A program made the position numbers and the translations under genes. Positions 1 to 7,524 of a stretch of 31,508 nucleotides of DNA are shown one piece after another. The stretch comes from an uncultured Candidatus Poseidoniales archaeon (GTDB lineage Archaea; Thermoplasmatota; Poseidoniia; Poseidoniales; Thalassarchaeaceae): assembly GCA_964016325.1 (NCBI GenBank), contig CAXHFZ010000001.1, positions 1 through 31,508 of the forward strand, in the 5' to 3' direction. Within the stretch, counting starts at the first letter, position 1. Each line of letters starts with the position of its first letter. The notes beneath the pieces are model-generated. The model was not told the DNA's origin, made no database searches, and saw only the letters and a program-made list of their open reading frames with translations.

Positions 1-166
1 TCAGGGTTACGAGACAGGTTCCACATGTTCCTGATGTACAATGTCTTGGAAGATTGACCCCTGCAACCTCGGCCACCTCAAGTATAGTTTGACCATCAAC
101 CAGAGTAGCCGCTCCAATCTCAGATTCTCCCCTGAAGAAACGAATTGTGAGAGTATCCTTGGTCAT
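1..166 (-). CDS. 2Fe-2S ferredoxin-like protein, N-terminal part, truncated by the window start (not in the ORF track)
   Basis: Manual translation from ATG at 166: MTKDTLTIRFFRGESEIGAATLVDGQTILEVAEVAGVNLPRHCTSGTCGTCLVTL. It contains the G-x-TILE-x-A segment and the C-x4-C-x2-C motif of plant/adrenodoxin-type 2Fe-2S domains. GAGGA lies 6 nt upstream, overlapping the stop of the previous gene. Confidence 0.75.
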   Translation of the reverse strand, partial: MTKDTLTIRFFRGESEIGAATLVDGQTILEVAEVAGVNLPRHCTSGTCGTCLVTL

Positions 167-174
167 GCGATTCC

Positions 175-1263
175 TCAGAGGTCGCCTCTAGACCACCTTC
201 CGGTCTGCTTGTTGAACCGTAAACCGGCCTTCTTCATCCACTTGTTGAACTTCGTGGCTCCAGCCCCTGTGGCGATGATGAAATCTTCTCGGTCTTCCTG
301 AGCCTGTATGTATCCCTTGGCGGCAAGTGTCTGGTCTATCCAATCGTCAATATCCATCAATCCGCCAGAGAGCTTGCTGGATTCTACAGCGGCTTCTAAT
401 TCCTCTGCTGACGCCCCGGTAGTCTCCAAGTCCTTCATCATGAGCTCGACAACGGATGAGCTGTCTACCTTCTTGGGGGGTTTTACAACTGGCAACCTTG
501 GTTTAATCTTCGGATCTATTGTAATTCTAGATCCGTTTGTAAGGCGTTCTTCCACGTGTTCTGCCATGGGTGACCTAAATTCTTTATCGCATTCCCAGCA
601 GATGAAAACGTAATCTGACATATCTTCCATTAGGTTACCGCCCCTTGGATCCATTTCTTCACCGCAGTGAGGGCAGGCGTGCAAACATAGAACCGGAGCA
701 ATCTTTCTTCTGAAGTCAACAATATCTTGTGGGGTTCCAACCAACTCCAGCATTTCGTGGTCCCTAGCCGCTTCCAGACCTCGGGTCTCTAACTGATCTC
801 TAATCTTGGATCGCTGTTCATCCTTAGACTCATCATCAAATGTATTCTCAAGTTTTACAATTAGCTCGATCGTTTTTCCCAGTCTGTTCATTACAAGTTT
901 CTTATTTCTGAAGGCCTCTACTCTGGCCATTCTAAGCTGTTCTTTCTTCTCCAAGAGCTCTGCAAGCAAATCTTTTTGCTCTCTTTTGAACCTCTGCTCT
1001 TCGATTTTGTCGACTTTTGGCTTTCCATCCTTGGAAAGAACATCCGCTAGGAACCTCTGCTTGCTGGATGTCCTTGGACCTGATTTAACAGCTTCAATCA
1101 CAGATGTGGCAATATCCTTCTTCAGACCATAATTATTGATTAGGGTCTCCTGGTCCATCTTCTTCAGATCACCGACCTTGATTCCTCCGTCTGATAGAAT
1201 CTGTGCGGTATTCTCGTCTATTCCCCTTCTCAATAGGGCGAGATAGGTGTCTTTCTTTGCCAT
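175..1263 (-). CDS. Hypothetical protein: N-terminal HhH/SAM-like helical domain, coiled coil, C4 Zn ribbon, C-terminal winged-helix-like domain
   Basis: Long ORF. ATG at 1263 is preceded by GGAGTGG. Contains CPHC...CWEC and a charged helical middle region. The family is not recognised; domain labels are by eye. Confidence 0.7.
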   Translation of the reverse strand: MAKKDTYLALLRRGIDENTAQILSDGGIKVGDLKKMDQETLINNYGLKKDIATSVIEAVKSGPRTSSKQRFLADVLSKDGKPKVDKIEEQRFKREQKDLLAELLEKKEQLRMARVEAFRNKKLVMNRLGKTIELIVKLENTFDDESKDEQRSKIRDQLETRGLEAARDHEMLELVGTPQDIVDFRRKIAPVLCLHACPHCGEEMDPRGGNLMEDMSDYVFICWECDKEFRSPMAEHVEERLTNGSRITIDPKIKPRLPVVKPPKKVDSSSVVELMMKDLETTGASAEELEAAVESSKLSGGLMDIDDWIDQTLAAKGYIQAQEDREDFIIATGAGATKFNKWMKKAGLRFNKQTGRWSRGDL

Positions 1264-1281
1264 ATTTTCCACTCCATCCGT

Positions 1282-1305
1282 GGCAGGCCGGGGGTTGGCC
1301 GTGCC
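1282..1305 (-). promoter_or_regulatory. GC-rich stem-loop in the putative 5' leader
   Basis: Minus strand GGCA(C)GGCC-AACCCCC-GGCCTGCC: 8 bp stem with one bulged C. TTGATA at 1331-1326 lies about 20 nt upstream. Confidence 0.45.
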
Positions 1306-1347
1306 CCGCCGAGAGGGGGGGAACCTATCAAGGCGATGATTATACTG

Positions 1348-2256
1348 TCAATTTTTAGACTCGAAGTCGGAAATATGGTTACATATTGATAACCATTCCT
1401 CGATAAACATATCATCTGGCCTCATTTCTAACCAGTCCGTCCTCATTCCTTCGGGAGTTGTCTCATTGAATTGTAATACAAGTCGCGCCCATCTTGACTT
1501 ATGCCAGCCTCTTATTCTACTGATTCTCTTTGGTGGCTTAGAGAGGAGTGTTCTCATCTTCCTTCTCCTATTGGCAAAACAATGGTGTGTGATAATTCTG
1601 AACATTTTTCTATCTTTTATATGAGGCTCTTCCTCTCTTGGCTGTAGCATTACTAATCTGGAGTTCACCCTGGGTGGAGGAGAGAAAGCACTTGGCGGTA
1701 CCTTCGATCCGAGGTGAACGACAAAATCTAACCACAGCGATAAACCAAGTGGACCTATGCTTCTGGGACCTCTGTTCATGGCCATCCTTTCCGAAAACTC
1801 ATCCTGAACTAATAGAACTACAGCTTTCAGCTGATTTTTACGAACATGAGACTGTATCCTTTCTAGGATAGGGCTGGAAATACCATATGGGATATTGGCT
1901 ATTATGTGCGTTACGTCTTCTGGCCAGTCAACTGTAAGTGCATCAGCATGTACTATGGAAAGATGGTCGTCCTCGGTTTCAAATACTCTATTCAGGTGCA
2001 ATACTGCTTGTTCATCTATTTCGAATGCGGTTACTTTAGCACCCTTTCTTAGCAGAAAGAGAGTCAGTGACCCGGGCCCGGGTCCAATCTCTAGGATATG
2101 TGAATCCTTAGTGACTTCCTGGCCAATTTGATCTGACATACTTACTGCTTCTGAAACGATATTCTCGTCTAAAATGAAATGTTGCCCCAGATTCCTATCA
2201 GGGTTAATCCTGTCTCTGAGTAAATCCACCAACATTCTTGAATCTAAGTCTTCCAA
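1348..2256 (-). CDS. rsmA: 16S rRNA (adenine-N6,N6)-dimethyltransferase RsmA/KsgA
   Basis: LGQHFILD, ILEIGPGPGSLT, IIANIPYGIS and FSPPPRVNS motifs. TTG start with GGAGGT 6 nt upstream. Canonical position after DUF655. Confidence 0.95.
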   Translation of the reverse strand: MEDLDSRMLVDLLRDRINPDRNLGQHFILDENIVSEAVSMSDQIGQEVTKDSHILEIGPGPGSLTLFLLRKGAKVTAFEIDEQAVLHLNRVFETEDDHLSIVHADALTVDWPEDVTHIIANIPYGISSPILERIQSHVRKNQLKAVVLLVQDEFSERMAMNRGPRSIGPLGLSLWLDFVVHLGSKVPPSAFSPPPRVNSRLVMLQPREEEPHIKDRKMFRIITHHCFANRRRKMRTLLSKPPKRISRIRGWHKSRWARLVLQFNETTPEGMRTDWLEMRPDDMFIEEWLSICNHISDFESKN

Positions 2257-2270
2257 AACAATACCTCCGA

Positions 2271-2876
2271 CTAGATCTCGGAGCGTACGAGAAGTTCTAG
2301 GAGGCTTGGAGACTCTGATGGATCGTTCATCTCCCCCTGGTACCTTTCAGCTAGTAGTCTGACTGATTCGATTCCACAGGAGCTGTCAATCTGCTCAAAC
2401 GAAGACCATCCTGATCCTCCTCTCTCTTTGACCATCTGAATAGCCTTCGAATTCCCAATACCAGGAAGTAGCTGGAATGCATGATACTTCAGGGAGAGGT
2501 TGTTAGCCCTATTGTAGAACCCTAGGTGCCTATCTGGATCTGAGTTTATCGATTCGATAATTGCCTCATTTAGATTATTCGAGGACTCTTCAGTTAAATC
2601 CCTGAATCTTATTTCCGATAGAGGCCCAATAGAGCCCGATGACGTATCCACATCTTTACCCGGAGAATCGACTGTCTCATCGTCTATTCTTGCTCTAACG
2701 AGATACATCGAAGGTTTTGACAATCCCTGAAGTTCGGAGCCTGATGGAATTCTATCAAGAACATCCAAGATAAATACTGATGATTCCCGATGAAGTGGTC
2801 CTTCATCAGAGATTCCAGAATCAGATGGGTCTTGCGCTGGCATACTTCTCAAATGTTGGAAGGGGTCTCCCCTCAT
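2271..2876 (-). CDS. DUF655 family putative RNA-binding protein (HhH)
   Basis: FYNRANNLSLKYHAFQLLPGIGNSKA...ERGGSGWSSFEQI resembles the DUF655 HhH motif. Sits between rpoF and rsmA as in many archaea. Confidence 0.8.
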   Translation of the reverse strand: MRGDPFQHLRSMPAQDPSDSGISDEGPLHRESSVFILDVLDRIPSGSELQGLSKPSMYLVRARIDDETVDSPGKDVDTSSGSIGPLSEIRFRDLTEESSNNLNEAIIESINSDPDRHLGFYNRANNLSLKYHAFQLLPGIGNSKAIQMVKERGGSGWSSFEQIDSSCGIESVRLLAERYQGEMNDPSESPSLLELLVRSEI

Positions 2877-2913
2877 CAATGGTTTAGTCGGAACAAATCG
2901 ATGGAAACCGGTA

Positions 2914-3267
2914 TCAAAGTACGTTCTGCCTTACGATTTCTATTATTTCCTCAATCTCAGAAGTGTCCATAGCAACTCTCTTGCTAGCTATTATTACTCT
3001 GACTCCTGAGACATCCATTGGAGCTAATTCAGCTATTTTAGCGCAAATATCTGGATTCTCTGCTAACTTCTCATTCTCCATTAGTCTTGAGAAGAGTGAG
3101 ACGAAGACTTCTGGATCTGTCTTGATTCCTCCTCTATTGGTGCTGGCTGCCCATGTTGCGTGTTGTAGAGCCATCATCTGCTCGTAAGATAGTTCTCCTC
3201 TTCGCTCGTTTGCGCTCTCAAGAAGATCTCTGACTGTTGCAAAGTCCACAAATTCACGGTCTGACAT
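2914..3267 (-). CDS. rpoF: DNA-directed RNA polymerase subunit F (Rpo4)
   Basis: 117 aa with ELSYEQMMALQHA and KIAELAPMDVSGVRVI (HRDC-like). Directly downstream of rpl21e. Confidence 0.85.
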   Translation of the reverse strand: MSDREFVDFATVRDLLESANERRGELSYEQMMALQHATWAASTNRGGIKTDPEVFVSLFSRLMENEKLAENPDICAKIAELAPMDVSGVRVIIASKRVAMDTSEIEEIIEIVRQNVL

Positions 3268-3277
3268 CTAATCACCT

Positions 3278-3568
3278 CTATGCTGGCCTCAAATGCTCCG
3301 GCCTAGCTACAACCGTCTTTACCATATTGCCTTGAAGGACACTGACTACGAAAGCGTTTCCCTGTGGCTTGACAATAGTTCCAGTCAGCCCGTGGAATCT
3401 CCTGTGAGGCATACCTCTTTGCTCTGCCCCATCCAGGACAATAGAAACCTTGTCGCCTTCCTTGTAAGGATGTAAAGCCCGGTTGATGAAGAGTCTTCTT
3501 TTCTGAGTCTTCTTCTTCTTGAGGATTGATCTAGTTCCTTGTCTAGTACCATGGGTCCGCGTCGCCAT
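3278..3568 (-). CDS. rpl21e: 50S ribosomal protein L21e
   Basis: 96 aa basic protein with GDKVSIVLD and GMPHRRFHGLTGTI...PEHLRP. GAAGGTGA ribosome-binding site upstream. Confidence 0.97.
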   Translation of the reverse strand: MATRTHGTRQGTRSILKKKKTQKRRLFINRALHPYKEGDKVSIVLDGAEQRGMPHRRFHGLTGTIVKPQGNAFVVSVLQGNMVKTVVARPEHLRPA

Positions 3569-3576
3569 TGTATCAC

Positions 3577-3598
3577 CTTCAACCAGAGGTCGTGGAAA
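3577..3598 (-). promoter_or_regulatory. Short hairpin just upstream of the rpl21e ribosome-binding site
   Basis: AGGTCG/CGACCT 6 bp inverted repeat. TTAATA TATA-like element at 3623-3618. Confidence 0.3.
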
Positions 3599-3647
3599 CG
3601 CTCGACCTGAGGCCCGCTATTAAGTCCGTCGGATTGTTATTTATCAC

Positions 3648-5072
3648 TCAATCAGCGTGTATCTCATTGACATCCAGCCAGAGGACCTCGCATTCTCTAT
3701 CAATTACAGACTTTACAGAGGGGACGGTCCTACCCTCATCAGAGTGGACCAGTTCTTTCACGTAGGTCCCGGCCTCACATCTCAAAGAGAACTGTATTTC
3801 CTGATTATCTACGATCACGTCCGATATAGAGACAATCTTTCTCTTGCGGGTTTTTGCAGCTCTCCGGTGTGAAACTCTTTTTGGAGTCTCTTGCTCCAAA
3901 ACTACTCCTGAGAGAGAGTTGATTGACTCAATTATTTGATCTTCGGGGAGAGCATCTTCAATCTTGAACCTGATAGTGTATGATTTCTCAGAACGTGTCT
4001 CTTTGACCCTACTGACATCCTTCTTATGAGACCACTTTAGAGAGTTTACTTTCACTTTCTCAGGATTGTTTGAGTTTATTTTAGACTCTAGATCTACAAG
4101 GTCTGTTTCTCTTATTTTGGGATTCTTTATCTCCAGAACGAACGGCCTTCCAGAACCCAAGCACCTCACATCGATATCCTCTCTGCCCATTCCGTGAAAG
4201 GACGTATCGAATGCTCCCATCTGTGCTTTTACTGGATCTCCAATAATATCTTGCACTGATTCTCTATACTGCAGACCGGTTCCCTCGCAACTTTCGCAAC
4301 CGTCTCCTCTACCTCTGCAGGACCGGCAGGGCCAGCGAGTTTGTGGTATCCCTCTGGCGAGTTTTTCATACCTACCATAGATGAATACTGGTCTAATATC
4401 CGTATCGACTCTGAGAGTCAAAGCATCCACTGTTACCATTACATCGGGATACTCCTTGACGAATGCGATTTCAGGAATTTTTCTCAGCATTTCTGCTTGT
4501 ATTGCCATGGCGAACGAGGCTTTCAGTGGCTTGGATCCACGCGCACCATGTTTTGTTCTAATCGCATCTTCACTCTGGAGGAGGTCTTTTGGAATATGAA
4601 TCCCTAGTTGCATTGACCTGAATTGGGTATCTTCAAGGGTCTCTATGATCCTCTCAACGATATTACCTACGTCATCAAATAGATTTTCACATAGCGGGCA
4701 CAAATCTGGTATATCAAAATCTGAAAGACTTGAATCCCTTGAGAATGCTTCTTTCCTCAGTGAAAATCCTCCTTCAAAGCCCGAGGATTGGGTTCTTCTT
4801 CCTCCTATTCTATGCAGACAATGGTCACATGCTCCAATCTTGATTACATGAGCGATTCCTAATGGGGCCGGACAGGGAGGGGCGTCCCAGTCAATGGAGT
4901 CTCCTTGCAGATAGAAATCATCACCATCGAACCACTCGTCATCGGTTTCCTCTTCCTTACTCGGCTCACTATTTTCAAGTGATTCAGCCACGCCATAGTC
5001 AGCACTCGCATAAAGAGTCCACTCGTCCTCATCTACACCGTTAGAGGTTTCCTTCGGGTCGTCTACACTCAT
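3648..5072 (-). CDS. pus10: tRNA pseudouridine(54/55) synthase Pus10
   Basis: Catalytic FHGMGREDIDVRCLG-GRPFVLEIKNP, QETPKRVSHRRA, CEAGTYVKELVHSDEGRTVPS, N-terminal CDHC/CPLC and THUMP-like region. Start set at ATG 5072 because GGTGA lies 5 nt upstream. Confidence 0.94.
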   Translation of the reverse strand: MSVDDPKETSNGVDEDEWTLYASADYGVAESLENSEPSKEEETDDEWFDGDDFYLQGDSIDWDAPPCPAPLGIAHVIKIGACDHCLHRIGGRRTQSSGFEGGFSLRKEAFSRDSSLSDFDIPDLCPLCENLFDDVGNIVERIIETLEDTQFRSMQLGIHIPKDLLQSEDAIRTKHGARGSKPLKASFAMAIQAEMLRKIPEIAFVKEYPDVMVTVDALTLRVDTDIRPVFIYGRYEKLARGIPQTRWPCRSCRGRGDGCESCEGTGLQYRESVQDIIGDPVKAQMGAFDTSFHGMGREDIDVRCLGSGRPFVLEIKNPKIRETDLVDLESKINSNNPEKVKVNSLKWSHKKDVSRVKETRSEKSYTIRFKIEDALPEDQIIESINSLSGVVLEQETPKRVSHRRAAKTRKRKIVSISDVIVDNQEIQFSLRCEAGTYVKELVHSDEGRTVPSVKSVIDRECEVLWLDVNEIHAD

Positions 5073-5081
5073 TAAAATCAC

Positions 5082-5114
5082 CAACGAGGAAGGGGGGTAC
5101 CCACATCCTCGTTG
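5082..5114 (-). promoter_or_regulatory. Stem-loop abutting the pus10 ribosome-binding site
   Basis: Perfect 9 bp inverted repeat CAACGAGGA/TCCTCGTTG (5082-5090 and 5106-5114) enclosing GGGTACCC. Confidence 0.5.
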
Positions 5115-5158
5115 CCATTACGGGGTGCCGATGTGTTTTGACATCTTCGTATCGAGAA

Positions 5159-5482
5159 TCATACTTTCTGACCAGATGATTCGGATATCTTTCTAAGATG
5201 TTCGAAGGAATGGATGCCACTTGAGCACCCGGTTGGCCACTCGAATCTTATTGCATAGTTCCCCACCTGTTCTACTTTCGGTTTCACTAGCATCATTCTG
5301 GAGATTTCCTCCTCGAACTCTATCTTAATCTGTTCATTTACCTGTCTAGGCTTACACTTCGCGCATTGGCAATTCTTTCTTACTTCCAAATAATCAAGAT
5401 TGTATGTGTTGTCGTCTGAAAACGCTAGTATACAATACGTGTCCTTTCTTTCAAGTGAGATTAATACCGGAGATTTGTCCAT
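5159..5482 (-). CDS. DUF971 / GBBH-like N-terminal domain protein
   Basis: LRKNCQCAKC...VGNYAIRFEWPTGCSSGIHSFEHLR matches the LR-x2-C-x-CA-x-C ... GNYA ... GIY pattern of the family. Confidence 0.78.
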   Translation of the reverse strand: MDKSPVLISLERKDTYCILAFSDDNTYNLDYLEVRKNCQCAKCKPRQVNEQIKIEFEEEISRMMLVKPKVEQVGNYAIRFEWPTGCSSGIHSFEHLRKISESSGQKV

Positions 5483-5484
5483 AG

Positions 5485-5934
5485 TTAGCCTTCCGAATGA
5501 CTCATCTTGTCCTGAGGGTTTAGGATCACATGCATGAGTAGGCCCACAGGCATTAGCATTACTCCGAAGAAGATGATTAGTCGAGTTTTGCTAATCCCTA
5601 TTTGGTTCTGTAAGGCCTTCCTCCACATCCACCTGGTAGCCATGATATCTCCTGCAACGAAGTGGGACCATGCTAGAACCGTGCCCGATTCGGTTCCAAG
5701 TATCTCTACCATAGTGTCGAGGAAATCAGTAGGATTGCCCGTAACTAGGTCAATCAGACCAGATGGTTCAAGGATGGCGGTGATTAGCCAAACTGCAAGT
5801 GGTCCGATGAATAGGGAGTTCCCTCGCATCCAATTTTTCGTTCTTTCAGATGTTGGCTCAGAAAGCATGAGGAACCAGTAAGGTCCAATCCAGATAGTAG
5901 GAACGATGAACAGGACAGTGTAGATTAACTCCAT
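5485..5934 (-). CDS. ABA4-like (DUF4281) membrane protein
   Basis: About four hydrophobic helices. LAWSHFVAGDIMATRWMW resembles W-x-H-x-L-x-x-D-L-F-x-x-R-W, and FFGVMLMPVGLL resembles the C-terminal motif of the family. Confidence 0.7.
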   Translation of the reverse strand: MELIYTVLFIVPTIWIGPYWFLMLSEPTSERTKNWMRGNSLFIGPLAVWLITAILEPSGLIDLVTGNPTDFLDTMVEILGTESGTVLAWSHFVAGDIMATRWMWRKALQNQIGISKTRLIIFFGVMLMPVGLLMHVILNPQDKMSHSEG

Positions 5935-5960
5935 GTCTATTACTCCTTCGTCTGTTAATT

Positions 5961-7520
5961 TTATGTGGCATTATTGGATATAATACGTGGCTTCTTGATA
6001 TCTTCAAACCAAGTGTCGGTACCGTTCCAGTCAGGTTCGACTCCCATGTCCGCACAGATCAACTTGGCAGAGATTCTCCCACTCTCCAATATCGTTGGTA
6101 GGCCACTTCCCGGATGAGTCCCCCCTCCTACTAGATACAGGTGGTCTAGTTCCTCAAATTTATTCTGTGGCCTTCTCCAGAGCATCTGATCCAGCCCATG
6201 TGCTAAGTTGAATACTGCGCCTTTGTATATGTCACGAGCGGCCCAGTCATCAGGGGTCACTATAGTCTGGGATACTATGTGATCTTTGATGCCTTCGAAG
6301 CCTAATTTTTCCATCTGCTTAAGAATCACATCCATGTAATCGTCTTTGATGTCTTCCCAATTAATTCCCTCATGAGAACTACTAGCGGGAACTAGGACGT
6401 AGATAGTGGAATGTCCCTCTGGGGCCATTGTAGAGTCTGTTACGCAGGCATTCTGGACATATATGGATGGGTCATCCCATGTGACTCTGTTCTCGGTGAC
6501 TTCTTTGAGATTTTTTTGATAGTCTTTAGCCGCATATATCTGATGGTGTGGGGTGTCGTATAATTTATCAATTCCCAGATAAAGCATGTATGTTGAGCAG
6601 GAGTATGACTTCTGGTCGAGTTTCTTGTTGGACCATTTCTTCCTGAGCTTGTCAGGGATTAGTCCCTTCATTCCTGTAGCGAAATCTGCATTCATCACGA
6701 ATTTGTCAGCGGTATACGTTCCACTGTCTGTCCTGGCCCCTATTACCTTCTTGCCTTCGAAAACAAACTCATTTACTGTCTCGTTGAGTATTATTTTAAC
6801 TCCGAGTTCTCTGGCTATATTGGCCATTTTCTGGGTTATTGTTCCTAGTCCTCCTTCGACATGGAATACTCCATGCTCGTACTCTAGATATGCCAAGATT
6901 GTGAAAAGGCTGGGTGCTTGGAAGGGGCTCATTCCAAGGTACTTAGTCTGGAACGACATGGCTAATTGCATTCTCTCATCAGTGAACATCTTGGAGAGAT
7001 CTGAAGATACGCTTCTCCATGGCCTCAATACTTTAGCGACCCTCAGAGCCCTTCTGCTAATGAGATCAGTCGGGCCTCTCCAAGGAGAATTTAGGCAGTT
7101 CTTTGAAAGAGTGAGCTTGGTTCTGTTATCCTCTATGTATCTCCTGAAGCCATTTGCGTTATCCTCCCCACAAAGTTCTCCAATTTGAGAAACCATATCT
7201 TCTAAATCCGTACTGGCGTTTATACTTCCTCCTGCTCCGAATACTAGCCTATAATTTGGATTCAATTCGATTAGCCCTAGCTCTTTCCTGGCATCTAGAC
7301 CGAGAGCCTCAAAGATTTCCTCCGCAATTTCTGGATAATGGAAAAAAGTAGGTCCGTTGTCGTACTTGAAACCATCTTTTTCGAATACCCGTGTTCTACC
7401 TCCGACATCATCTGATTTCTCAAGTATTGTGACATTGATTCCTGCCTTGGCTAGAAGCATTGAGCATGCTAATCCACCCGGTCCCGCGCCAACTACTACT
7501 ACATCACTATGCCCTGCCAT
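5961..7520 (-). CDS. crtI: Phytoene desaturase family (CrtI/CrtN-like) FAD oxidoreductase
   Basis: VVVVGAGPGGL...EK...GGR...DNGPTF, YLGMSPFQAPSLFTIL and YLVGGGTHPGSGLPTILESGRISA. The exact substrate (C40 or C30, or a modified carotenoid) cannot be determined from sequence by eye. Confidence 0.88.
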   Translation of the reverse strand: MAGHSDVVVVGAGPGGLACSMLLAKAGINVTILEKSDDVGGRTRVFEKDGFKYDNGPTFFHYPEIAEEIFEALGLDARKELGLIELNPNYRLVFGAGGSINASTDLEDMVSQIGELCGEDNANGFRRYIEDNRTKLTLSKNCLNSPWRGPTDLISRRALRVAKVLRPWRSVSSDLSKMFTDERMQLAMSFQTKYLGMSPFQAPSLFTILAYLEYEHGVFHVEGGLGTITQKMANIARELGVKIILNETVNEFVFEGKKVIGARTDSGTYTADKFVMNADFATGMKGLIPDKLRKKWSNKKLDQKSYSCSTYMLYLGIDKLYDTPHHQIYAAKDYQKNLKEVTENRVTWDDPSIYVQNACVTDSTMAPEGHSTIYVLVPASSSHEGINWEDIKDDYMDVILKQMEKLGFEGIKDHIVSQTIVTPDDWAARDIYKGAVFNLAHGLDQMLWRRPQNKFEELDHLYLVGGGTHPGSGLPTILESGRISAKLICADMGVEPDWNGTDTWFEDIKKPRIISNNAT

Positions 7521-7524
7521 TATA

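Noticed and set aside
41-301. 86 aa plus-strand ORF
   Set aside because: Antisense shadow of the ferredoxin-like gene and the 3' end of the 175..1263 gene.
1264-1347. GC-rich intergenic regions here and at 5073-5158 as tRNA, C/D-box or H/ACA RNA genes
   Set aside because: No cloverleaf or T-loop GTTC arm, no paired RUGAUGA/CUGA boxes, and no ACA tail after the hairpins.
4270-4335. CxxCxGxG motifs suggesting a DnaJ-like gene fragment inside pus10
   Set aside because: A Cys-rich Zn-finger insertion at this position is a normal feature of euryarchaeal Pus10.
5961-7520. Complete retinal or carotenoid pathway, or a rhodopsin locus
   Set aside because: No crtE, crtB, crtY, blh or seven-TM opsin is present in the window. 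Only a desaturase-family gene is supported.
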